The position numbers and the translations under genes were made by a program. From a bacterium UBP13_UBA5359 (lineage in GTDB: Bacteria > UBP13 > UBA5359): a DNA stretch of 59,789 nucleotides. The DNA lies in the NCBI GenBank assembly GCA_002410925.1, contig DHPR01000035.1, positions 1 through 59,789 on the forward strand, given 5' to 3'. The first letter of the stretch is position 1; every line of letters begins with the position of its first letter. The notes below the pieces were generated by a model. That model had not been told where the DNA came from, ran no database searches, and was given only the letters and a program-made list of their open reading frames with translations. This document shows, one piece after another, positions 46,539 to 55,629 of the stretch.

Positions 46539-47234
46539 ATGCCTAAAAAGATTCTGGTCGTGGACGATGAGCCGTTCCTGGTAGAATCGATTGTCTACAA
46601 TCTGGAGAAGGAAGGCTATGACGTTATCAGCAGCGGCGACGGGCGGCAGGGACTGGAACTTGCCCGGAGCCGGAGGCCGGACCTGGTCATTCTGGATCTT
46701 ATGCTGCCCTCGCTGAGCGGCCTCGACGTGTGCCGTCAACTGCGGGCTGAAACTAATATCCCCATTATCATGCTCACCGCCAAGGGCGAGGAGATAGACC
46801 GCATCGTCGGTTTGAAGCTGGGTGCGGACGATTATATGGTCAAGCCTTTCAGCATGCAGGAACTGCTGGCCAGGGTGGAGGCCGTGCTCAGGCGCACCTC
46901 CTGCGATGCCGGCGGGGCAGAAGAGACGTATAAGACAGACGGAATCCATCTCGATGTCAGCCGGCATGAAGTTGAAGTGGACGGCGCCGGGGTGGAACTC
47001 TCTCCCAAGGAGTTCGGTCTGCTGCATATCCTCATGGCCAACGCCGGCAGGGTGGTCAGCCGGGAGATGCTGCTGGAAAAGATCTGGGGCCAGGATTTCT
47101 ACGGGGACGACCGCACCGTCGATGTCCATATACGCTGGCTGCGCGAGAAGATAGAGCCGGATCCCTCCACACCCAGCCGCCTGGTAACAATCAGGGGCCT
47201 GGGATACAAGCTTAGGGGGCGTCCAAATTGGTAA
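46539..47234 (+). CDS. phoP: OmpR/PhoB-family response regulator (PhoP/PhoB)
   Basis: Receiver + wHTH (RTVDVHIRWLREKIE..P....TIRGLGY); adjacent to a phoR-like kinase and the pst operon. Confidence 0.85.
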   Translation: MPKKILVVDDEPFLVESIVYNLEKEGYDVISSGDGRQGLELARSRRPDLVILDLMLPSLSGLDVCRQLRAETNIPIIMLTAKGEEIDRIVGLKLGADDYMVKPFSMQELLARVEAVLRRTSCDAGGAEETYKTDGIHLDVSRHEVEVDGAGVELSPKEFGLLHILMANAGRVVSREMLLEKIWGQDFYGDDRTVDVHIRWLREKIEPDPSTPSRLVTIRGLGYKLRGRPNW

Positions 47235-47258
47235 TCTTATTTATGGACGTCCCCTTAA
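47212..47258. repeat. REP-like inverted repeat between phoP and phoR
   Basis: AGGGGGCGTCCA ... TGGACGTCCCCT overlapping the phoP 3' end. Confidence 0.5.
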
Positions 47259-47273
47259 TAAAGGGGTGATCGT

Positions 47274-49034
47274 TTGTTCGGCCGGATGAAAAGCATCAGA
47301 TGGAAGCTCTCGCTCTCTTACATATTAGTAGCTCTCTTCTCCTTTCTATGTGCAGCTTTCCTGGTAGTTCCCCTCTTCGGAACCTGTTTCAACAACCAAC
47401 TTCAGACCGGACTGGTCAGGCAGGCGGCGCTGGTGGCTGATCTGACCGCGAGGCCGGATGCGGACCTGAAAGCCCTGGTGGCCGGAACGGGTAAACAGCT
47501 TGCCGCTCGCATCACCGTCGTGGATGCCGGCGGCCGGGTCAGGGCGGACAGCCTGGCCGATCCCGTCTCCATGGATAACCATGGCAATCGCCCGGAGATC
47601 AAACAGGCCCTGCAGGGCAGGACAGGGCGCAGCCGCCGCTACAGCCGCACTCTGGGCCGGGATATGCTCTATGTAGCCCTGCCGCTAAGGCAGGATGGCC
47701 GGATAACCGGCGCCGTGCGTCTGGCCCTGCCTGCCGCCGATATCCGTTCCGCTCAGCATCACATCCGGGCCATTCTCCTGGGATCGCTCCTGCTTTCATC
47801 CATTCTGGGCATTCTGCTGGGATTTATCTTTGCCCGCAGCATAGTGCGTCCGCTGCACCAGATAGGTGCCGCCAGCCGGGAGTTGGCCGCCGGCAATTTC
47901 CGGGCTCCGCTCGATATTTCCACCGGCGACGAACTGCAGCAACTGGCCGAGGCCTTCAAGTCCATGGGCGCCCAACTGGCCAAACTGGTGGCACAGCTCT
48001 CCTTGGAGCGTGACCAGATGGGTACCATCCTGGAGAATATGGCCGACGGCATTGTGGTGGTGGATGAGAACGGCCGGGTAGAGCTTATCAATGCAGCCGC
48101 CATCCGTATCCTGGCTTCAAAAACACCGGCAGATGGCCTCAAGGGAGGACATTTTGTTACTCTGGCCAGCAACTACGAACTGGCCGGGATGCTGCATCAA
48201 ACGCAGCAGGAAGGAGGAAGGCTCAGCCGGGAATTGGAGTTGCTTCATCCTGCCGGAACCCAGGTATCGGCGTATTTTTCACCGGTATCCGGTCCCGGCG
48301 GCGACGGCCGGACGGTCATCGTCCTGCACGACATCACCAGGCTGAAGCGTCTGGAATCCGTCCGGCAGGTGTTTGTGGCCAACGTTTCTCATGAACTGCG
48401 CACGCCCCTGGCGTCGATCAAGGCCATGGTGGAGACCATCCTGGGCTCCGGCAGAGGCGACGCCCGGCTTGTAGACCGTTTTCTGGGCAATATCAACCAG
48501 GAGATAGACCGGCTCAATAACCTGATCGCTGATCTGCTGCAGCTCAGCCGGATAGAAGACGCCGGTGTGGTCATGCAGCGGGAAGAGGTGGATGCGGCGC
48601 TGCTTATCGGAGAGACGCTGGAGCAGTTTGCCTCCAAGGCAGCGGAACTCAACATCGATCTGCAGAGTAATACCGGCGATAATCTGCGCCTCAGGGGCGA
48701 TGCCGCCCGTCTTAAGCAGGTGTTGCTCAATCTCATCGACAACGCCCTCAAATTCACCCCGGCCGGTGGGCAGGTCACCGTCAGCGCCGGCCGGAAGGAC
48801 GATAGGGTGGTCATCAGGGTGGCCGATACCGGCACCGGCATCCCGCAGGCAGATATGGACCGCATCTTCGAACGCTTCTATCGCGTGGACAAGGCTCGCT
48901 CCCGCACCTTGGGCGGCACCGGCCTGGGGCTGTCCATCGTCAAGCACATCGTGGAAAGCCATGACGGCAGTATCAGCGTCGACAGCCGCGAGGGCCACGG
49001 ATCCGTATTCACGGTCAGCTTGCCGGCTATTTAA
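47274..49034 (+). CDS. phoR: PhoR-type sensor histidine kinase (TM-sCache-TM-HAMP-PAS-HisKA-HATPase)
   Basis: MDNHGNRPEI, RYSRTL, FVANVSHELRTPL, NLIDNALKFT, FERFYRVDKARSR..GGTGLGL. Confidence 0.9.
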   Translation: MFGRMKSIRWKLSLSYILVALFSFLCAAFLVVPLFGTCFNNQLQTGLVRQAALVADLTARPDADLKALVAGTGKQLAARITVVDAGGRVRADSLADPVSMDNHGNRPEIKQALQGRTGRSRRYSRTLGRDMLYVALPLRQDGRITGAVRLALPAADIRSAQHHIRAILLGSLLLSSILGILLGFIFARSIVRPLHQIGAASRELAAGNFRAPLDISTGDELQQLAEAFKSMGAQLAKLVAQLSLERDQMGTILENMADGIVVVDENGRVELINAAAIRILASKTPADGLKGGHFVTLASNYELAGMLHQTQQEGGRLSRELELLHPAGTQVSAYFSPVSGPGGDGRTVIVLHDITRLKRLESVRQVFVANVSHELRTPLASIKAMVETILGSGRGDARLVDRFLGNINQEIDRLNNLIADLLQLSRIEDAGVVMQREEVDAALLIGETLEQFASKAAELNIDLQSNTGDNLRLRGDAARLKQVLLNLIDNALKFTPAGGQVTVSAGRKDDRVVIRVADTGTGIPQADMDRIFERFYRVDKARSRTLGGTGLGLSIVKHIVESHDGSISVDSREGHGSVFTVSLPAI

Positions 49035-49062
49035 GGCAAAAGCCCTTTTCGCTAAATATAAC

Positions 49063-49116
49063 TTGACATTTTGAAAACCACACCATATAATCAGCTAAAA
49101 TGGCTAATTAGCTGAT
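49063..49116 (+). promoter_or_regulatory. consensus sigma70 promoter plus inverted-repeat operator for the Phd-Uma2 gene
   Basis: TTGACA-17-TATAAT, followed by ATCAGCTAA-n9-TTAGCTGAT over the TSS. Confidence 0.8.
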
Positions 49117-49130
49117 GGGGGTATGTTTTG

Positions 49131-49880
49131 ATGATAGTCAATGCAACAGATCTTAAAAACAACCTGGGAAAATATCTTCGCCTGTCTGCCAGCGAAGAGA
49201 TAATCATAACCAGCAACGGTAGGAAAGTAGCTAGATTATCCGCTTATGAGGATATTGTAGGGGCGGGTTTGAAACCCGCCCCTACGGGTGACGGACTGGT
49301 CAGGGAACAGGCCCAGGCATACGATTCCTGGCCGCAAAAGGCTACGTACGAGGAGTTCCTGAAGCTGACCGAGAACAGTGACGAGCGCTATGAGTATATC
49401 GACGGTGAAATTTATCTCCTGGCCTCGCCCAAAACAATTCACCAAATGATACTTGGTGAGCTCTATGGTATATTTTATAACTGGTTCCAGAGCAAGAAGT
49501 GCCGCCCCATGTTTGCGCCTTACGATATCACCCTGCGGCGAAACCCGGAGAACATCAACATAGTCCAGCCCGACTTGATGGTTATCTGCGACCTGGAGGA
49601 GAACCTGAACGAGAAGGATTACTATATGGGTGTTCCCATCCTGATGGTGGAGGTCATTTCCGAGAGCAGCCGCAGCAAGGATTTTATCAAGAAACTCGAA
49701 CTGTATATGGAGACCGGGGTAAAGGAATACTGGATCGTCAATCCGTTGAACCGGGAAGTGCACCTCTATGTCTTTGAAACAGGTGCTATCTATAAAAAGA
49801 TAACCTTTATGAATAAAGAGACCGTATTCTCCTGTAGCTTTGCCGGGCTGGAAGTAGGCCTGGAAGAGCTTTTTAGCTGA
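49131..49880 (+). CDS. Phd/YefM antitoxin domain fused to a Uma2 (PD-(D/E)xK) endonuclease domain
   Basis: IVNATDLKNNLGKYL...IITSNGRKVARL; then RYEYIDGEI..ASP...HQ, VQPDLMVICD, VEVISESS..KD, LY..GVKEYWIVNP. Confidence 0.9.
   Translation: MIVNATDLKNNLGKYLRLSASEEIIITSNGRKVARLSAYEDIVGAGLKPAPTGDGLVREQAQAYDSWPQKATYEEFLKLTENSDERYEYIDGEIYLLASPKTIHQMILGELYGIFYNWFQSKKCRPMFAPYDITLRRNPENINIVQPDLMVICDLEENLNEKDYYMGVPILMVEVISESSRSKDFIKKLELYMETGVKEYWIVNPLNREVHLYVFETGAIYKKITFMNKETVFSCSFAGLEVGLEELFS
49257..49285. repeat. GTAG-type REP palindrome inside the coding sequence
   Basis: GTAGGGGCGGGTTTGAAACCCGCCCCTAC; 28/29 identical to the intergenic copy at 51228-51256. Confidence 0.9.
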
Positions 49881-49955
49881 AATCAACCGGCGGAGGTATT
49901 TTTCTATTGAACGTTGCAGCCAGGCGATACTTGTTCAAGCGAATGTTGAATAATT

Positions 49956-50123
49956 TTAGCAATAGGCAGAAAATCCAAGAATAGAAGTAAGGCCGATATA
50001 GTAATCCGTATTGCCTATCCAGAGGGCTGCAGCAAGAAATTCATCGGGCATCCATTTGCTGTTTGGTACTTTCATCGGGACTAGCATGTATTTACCTCTC
50101 TCCAATCGCAATAGACGTCCTTT
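49956..50123 (-). pseudogene. remnant of an AbiEi-like (type IV TA antitoxin/COG5340-like) gene
   Basis: Minus frame reads KGRLLRLERGKYMLVPMKVPNSKWMPDEFLAAALWIGNTDYYIGLTS, bounded by stops; R-x-x-RG-x-Y...P and YYIG-x-x-S resemble AbiEi. Confidence 0.55.
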
Positions 50124-50185
50124 TTAACATAACCTTAATTTTCATTTAATTCCCCCATAAACGATACTTAACCACGCTTTAGTAC
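50124..50185 (+). promoter_or_regulatory. Pho-box array upstream of the porin gene
   Basis: TTAA-like units at 50124, 50135, 50146, 50157, 50168, 50179 (exact 11-bp period). Confidence 0.75.
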
Positions 50186-50271
50186 GGCAGCTTTATTCTT
50201 AAAACAAGGATGCCGGGCTCGAAGCGCGCGACGAGCAGCGGATATCCATCTTAAAAAGGGGGAAGGAAAAA

Positions 50272-51225
50272 TTGTTAAAAAGGAAAGGTCTGGTAATGGC
50301 GGCAACCGTAGTTCTGTCAGCTCTTGCATCTACAGCCTTTGCCGCCGATGTCACTACCACCGGCTATGTCCAGTTTCAGTATAATTCGGACGCTGCTGCC
50401 GGTACGGCGGACACCTTCAAACTTGGGGAGGTAATACTTCAATTCAAGGGTAAGCTGAACCCTACCGCAAGTTTTGAGGTTGAAATGGACCCTAATCTGA
50501 ACGCCACGGTGAGCGGCACTCAGGTCAACACCAAGATACTCAAGAGTTACCTGGTGGATCTTAAAAACGCTACCGGCGAAGGAACAAATCTCAGATTAGG
50601 GCAGTTCAAGCTGGATTTCGGCATAGAGAACATACTTTCCGCCTCCAAGCGGGAGACGGTGGAGAAGGCGCTGGTGGTCAGCAAGCTTGGTCCGGATCGC
50701 GATCAGGGACTTTACCTCAGCGGCGGTGCCGGTACGCTTGGCTGGGGAGCGGGCGTCTTCAACGGCGAGGGCCGCAACATGCCTGATGCCAACGACGGTA
50801 AGGATATTCTGCTGCGCGGCAAGGTAAATGCCGGCGCTCTCAGCCTGGGGGCTTCTCTTCTTAACGGCAATAAGAGCGTATCCGCTGCCGCCAAGAGGCG
50901 CCTGGGCTTTGATGCTTCCGTTGCCGACGGACCGTTTCTGGCTAGGGCGGAGTATATAAAGGGAACTGACGGGACTACGGATAAGAGCGGTTACTATGCC
51001 CTGGCCGGATATGAGGTTACTCCTTCCGTTACCGTAATTGCCAAATACGACAGCTTTGATAAAGATAACGCTGCTGCCAACGATACGGAGACATGGAAGA
51101 CCGTCGGCATCGTTCAGGATCTGGGCGGGAACGCTCTGGCCAGAGTAGACTACATAATGAAAGATGAAGAAGGCACACCCATGAACAACAACGTGTTCAT
51201 CATCCAATACCAGATAACATTCTGA
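50272..51225 (+). CDS. outer-membrane porin (phosphate-selective OprO/OprP-like)
   Basis: Sec signal ending in AFA, GYVQFQY, LRLGQFKLDFG.E, RDQG, GVFNGEG, alternating beta-strands, C-terminal YQITF. Confidence 0.8.
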   Translation: MLKRKGLVMAATVVLSALASTAFAADVTTTGYVQFQYNSDAAAGTADTFKLGEVILQFKGKLNPTASFEVEMDPNLNATVSGTQVNTKILKSYLVDLKNATGEGTNLRLGQFKLDFGIENILSASKRETVEKALVVSKLGPDRDQGLYLSGGAGTLGWGAGVFNGEGRNMPDANDGKDILLRGKVNAGALSLGASLLNGNKSVSAAAKRRLGFDASVADGPFLARAEYIKGTDGTTDKSGYYALAGYEVTPSVTVIAKYDSFDKDNAAANDTETWKTVGIVQDLGGNALARVDYIMKDEEGTPMNNNVFIIQYQITF

Positions 51226-51227
51226 CC

Positions 51228-51256
51228 GTAGGGGCGGGTTTAAAACCCGCCCCTAC
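51228..51256. repeat. GTAG-type REP palindrome, intergenic
   Basis: GTAGGGGCGGGTTTAAAACCCGCCCCTAC, 2 bp after the porin stop. Confidence 0.9.
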
Positions 51257-51260
51257 CTTC

Positions 51261-51300
51261 TTAATGTTCTCTTAATGTTTGTATAACATTGCCTTAAGTG
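51261..51300 (+). promoter_or_regulatory. Pho-box array upstream of pstS
   Basis: TTAATGT, TTAATGT, ATAACAT, TTAAGTG at 51261, 51272, 51283, 51294 (11-bp period). Confidence 0.75.
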
Positions 51301-51345
51301 GGGCATACTAGAATTAATAATGAAAACAGGGGGGAAGTTAAAATT

Positions 51346-52230
51346 ATGAAGAGATATTCAATATCAGCACTGGCACTCTTAACCGTCGCCGTTGTTGCCG
51401 CCGGCTGCGGACGGCCCACAGGCTCCACCGGAACCGGGGCAGGACAATCGGCATCCATCCAGGTCAAGGGGTCCGACACCATGGTGAACCTGACTCAGGC
51501 CTGGGCTGAGGCCTATATGCAAACGCATCCCGAAGCCAGTATAGCCGTCACCGGCGGAGGCTCAGGCACCGGTATTGCAGCTCTACTCAACGGAACCACC
51601 GATATCGCCATCTCCTCCAGGGATATCCAGGACAAGGAGATCGCTCAGGGCAAGGCCAAGGGGATCGAGCCGGTTGAAAGCGTGGTGGCTCTGGACGGCA
51701 TAGCCGTCATAGTCAATCCGACCAATAAGATCGCAAAGCTCAACGTAGATCAACTGTCCGCCATATTTACCGGCAAAACGATCAACTGGAGCGAGTTGGG
51801 CGGGATGGGCAAAAAGATTGTAGCCTTATCGCGAGATCGCAGTTCCGGCACTCATGTCTTCTTTCTGGAGCATGTTCTGCGTAAGGGCAACGCCAAGGGG
51901 CCGGAGGAGTACGGCACCAGCGTGCTGCTGCTGCCTTCCAGCCAGGCCATTGTCGATGAGGTTGCACAGAGTCCGGATGCCATCGGCTACATAGGCCTGG
52001 GCTATCTGTCGAACAAAGTCAAGGACGTTGCTGTAGCCGCAGACAAATCCACCGTCTATGTCAAGCCGTCAGTGGATACGGTCCGCAGCAAAGCCTATCC
52101 CATATCCAGATCGCTGCTGATGTATACCAACGGAGCGCCGCAGGGGGCTATGAAAGATTTCATCGACTACGTTCTCAGCCCGGGGGGACAGAAGATTGTA
52201 GAGGAGCAGGGCTTTGTTCCCATTAAATAA
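51346..52230 (+). CDS. pstS: phosphate ABC transporter substrate-binding lipoprotein
   Basis: Lipobox AAGC, KGSDTM, TGGGSGTGI, SSR, SRDRSSGT, YPISR. Confidence 0.96.
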   Translation: MKRYSISALALLTVAVVAAGCGRPTGSTGTGAGQSASIQVKGSDTMVNLTQAWAEAYMQTHPEASIAVTGGGSGTGIAALLNGTTDIAISSRDIQDKEIAQGKAKGIEPVESVVALDGIAVIVNPTNKIAKLNVDQLSAIFTGKTINWSELGGMGKKIVALSRDRSSGTHVFFLEHVLRKGNAKGPEEYGTSVLLLPSSQAIVDEVAQSPDAIGYIGLGYLSNKVKDVAVAADKSTVYVKPSVDTVRSKAYPISRSLLMYTNGAPQGAMKDFIDYVLSPGGQKIVEEQGFVPIK

Positions 52231-53128
52231 TCCGACCCAAAAGGGTCGCAGGTCGGAACGATGGTCAGAATGGGCTATCGAACGCATTATCCTGGCAAGC
52301 GGCCTGCTGACCATAGTGTTTATTCTGTTGATCTTTACCTTCCTGTTAAAAGATTCGCTGCCTCTCTTCAAGGTATACCCGCTCAAGGCATTTCTGACGG
52401 GCAGGGATTGGTATCCTATATCCGATCCCGCCCGCTTCGGGCTGGTGCCCTTGCTGGCAGGTTCTCTGGCTGTTACGCTGGGTTCCGTAATCATCGCCGT
52501 GCCTCTGGGCGTGGCGGCGGCCATATACCTGGCCGAGGTAGCCAGGCCGTCGATCAGAGAGAGCGTGAAGCCGGTAGTTGAAATGCTGGCTGCCATACCC
52601 TCGGTGGTCTTCGGTTTTATCGGGCTGCTGATTCTGGCGCCGTATATCAAGAGCCTTTTCGATCTGCCGACGGGCCTGACCGCCCTGACCGGCTCCATTA
52701 TGCTGGCCTTCATGGCTCTGCCCACCATCATCAGCATTTCCGAAGACGCCATATCCGCCGTGCCGCGGGAGTATAGGGAGGCATCGCTGGCCTTGGGCGC
52801 CACTCAATGGCAGACCATAAGCCGGGTTATGGTTCCGGCCGCCCTGTCGGGTATCACCGCTGCCGTCATGCTGGGCATAGGCAGGGTGATAGGAGAAACC
52901 ATGACCGTGTTGATGGTTACCGGCAATGCCGCCCTTATTCCGCACAGCATTACCCAACCGGTGCGGACTATGACCGCCACCATCGCCGCTGAAATGGGGG
53001 AGGCCGTTCAGTATTCGGAGCACTATTTTGCGCTCTTTTCCATCGGCGCCGTCCTCTTCGTCATAACCTTTGCCATCAACTTTACGGCCGATATAGTTCT
53101 GCACAGGTTCAGGAGGGTGGGAAGATGA
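52214..53128 (+). CDS. pstC: phosphate ABC transporter permease PstC
   Basis: [31 protein letters not shown]. Confidence 0.95.
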   Translation: MFPLNNPTQKGRRSERWSEWAIERIILASGLLTIVFILLIFTFLLKDSLPLFKVYPLKAFLTGRDWYPISDPARFGLVPLLAGSLAVTLGSVIIAVPLGVAAAIYLAEVARPSIRESVKPVVEMLAAIPSVVFGFIGLLILAPYIKSLFDLPTGLTALTGSIMLAFMALPTIISISEDAISAVPREYREASLALGATQWQTISRVMVPAALSGITAAVMLGIGRVIGETMTVLMVTGNAALIPHSITQPVRTMTATIAAEMGEAVQYSEHYFALFSIGAVLFVITFAINFTADIVLHRFRRVGR

Positions 53129-53973
53129 GGCCTCGCGGCATAGGAGAGTGGCTGGCTTACGGTCTGCTCTATCTATCCATCGTTCTTGTCACCCTGCCGG
53201 TGGCGGCGGTGCTGTTTATCTTAGTCAGCCGCGGCTACAGCGCCATAAGCTGGGAGTTCCTGACGGCTATGCCCAGGATGGGTATGCGCGCCGGGGGCAT
53301 CTTTCCGGCCATCATGGGCACGCTGCTGCTGGTGCTGGGCACCGTAGCCATAGCGCTTCCGCTGGGCGTCATGGCCGCCATCTACCTGCCGGAATACGCC
53401 GGCCGCGGCCGTCTCAACCGTCTTATCCACCTGGCCATAGTAAATCTGGCCGGTGTGCCGTCTGTGGTCTACGGCCTCTTCGGCCTGGGAGCCTTTGTGC
53501 TCTTTCTGAAGATAGGGGTCTCGCTCCTGGCCGGATGCCTGACGCTGGCGCTGATGATACTGCCGGTCATCATAACGGCCTCGGAAGAAGCGCTTCAGGC
53601 AGTGCCGCAATCTTTCCGGGAGGCCTCGCTGGCGCTGGGAGCCACCCGCTGGAAGACGATATGGAATGTGGTGCTGCCGTCGGCCCTGCCCGGCATACTC
53701 ACAGGAGCTATTCTAGGCGTGGGCAGAGCGGCCGGGGAAACAGCGCCGATTCTCTTTACGGCGGCGGCTTTCTTCCTGCCGCGTCTGCCTAAATCGATCT
53801 TCGATCAGGTGATGGCTCTGCCGTATCATCTTTACATCATAGCCACGCAGGTGCCTAATATTCCGCAAAATGTGCAATACGGGACGGCGTTGGTTCTGGT
53901 GGCCCTGGTGCTTCTGGTCAACGCTTCCGCCATTATATTGAGAAGTTATATCAGACGGCGCAGAAGCTGGTGA
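53125..53973 (+). CDS. pstA: phosphate ABC transporter permease PstA
   Basis: [30 protein letters not shown]. Confidence 0.95.
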   Translation: MRPRGIGEWLAYGLLYLSIVLVTLPVAAVLFILVSRGYSAISWEFLTAMPRMGMRAGGIFPAIMGTLLLVLGTVAIALPLGVMAAIYLPEYAGRGRLNRLIHLAIVNLAGVPSVVYGLFGLGAFVLFLKIGVSLLAGCLTLALMILPVIITASEEALQAVPQSFREASLALGATRWKTIWNVVLPSALPGILTGAILGVGRAAGETAPILFTAAAFFLPRLPKSIFDQVMALPYHLYIIATQVPNIPQNVQYGTALVLVALVLLVNASAIILRSYIRRRRSW

Positions 53974-53983
53974 GGAGAGACAG

Positions 53984-54742
<759 letters not shown>

Positions 54743-54755
54743 GAGGAGCACGGCT

Positions 54756-55421
54756 ATGACGAAGAGCATCAGGAAGACATTCGACGAGCAGTTGTCCGAT
54801 ATGCAGCAGGAGATAGTCTGCATGGGCAGTATGGTGGAGCAGATGGTCCATCGCGCCATCAAGGCTTTGTCCGAAAGAGATGTGGAACTGGCGGAAAGAG
54901 TTATACAGATGGATGATGCCGTAGACGACCTTGATCTCTCCATCGAAGGACGCTGTATGCGCATGCTGGCCCTGCAGCAGCCGGTGGCCAGGGATCTGCG
55001 CACCATCGGAACTGCTATGAAGATCATAACCGATCTGGAGCGGATGGGCGATCATGCCGTGGATATAGCCAAGATGGCTCGGACGATGGCGGACCAGCCC
55101 CTGTTCAAGCCGCTGGTGGATATACCCAGGATGGCGGCTATAGTCCAGAAAATGCTGCGGGAAAGCCTGCACGCCTTTGTGAACCGTGATATCAAACTGG
55201 TGCATAAGATGGTAGCCGACGATGATGCCGTGGACGCCCTCTACCGGAGCATCTACGATGAGATAGCCGATTATATGGAGAAGGATCCCGGCATTATCCG
55301 GCAAGGTCTGATCTTGCTGATGGTGGCCCGCTTTCTGGAGAGGATTGCCGATCACGCCACCAACATCGGCGAGCGCGTCATCTTTATGGAGACCGGTGTG
55401 CTGGAGGAACTGAATATCTGA
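54756..55421 (+). CDS. phoU: phosphate signalling complex protein
   Basis: QQPVARDLR, DLERMGDHA, LERIADHATNIGE; GAGAGGAG RBS. Confidence 0.96.
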   Translation: MTKSIRKTFDEQLSDMQQEIVCMGSMVEQMVHRAIKALSERDVELAERVIQMDDAVDDLDLSIEGRCMRMLALQQPVARDLRTIGTAMKIITDLERMGDHAVDIAKMARTMADQPLFKPLVDIPRMAAIVQKMLRESLHAFVNRDIKLVHKMVADDDAVDALYRSIYDEIADYMEKDPGIIRQGLILLMVARFLERIADHATNIGERVIFMETGVLEELNI

Positions 55422-55559
55422 GAAGGATTGTATCGCAGAGGATTCTCAAGACCTTCTTCCGTTCAACCGATCTCTCTTTGAGGTAGTAAATAATTCTATG
55501 ATTATCGTAAATTCTTTCTTGCAAAGTATTTCACAAACGCCAAATAATAACGATAAGCC

Positions 55560-55610
55560 TTGACAATAACCCCTCTTGATTTTATCCTGAAATATGGACA
55601 ATCTCAGGAT
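55560..55610 (+). promoter_or_regulatory. clpB promoter with an overlapping inverted repeat
   Basis: TTGACA-17-TATCCT; ATCCTGA-n13-TCAGGAT spans the -10/TSS. Confidence 0.55.
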
Positions 55611-55629
55611 TATGCGGGAGGGTATGCCG

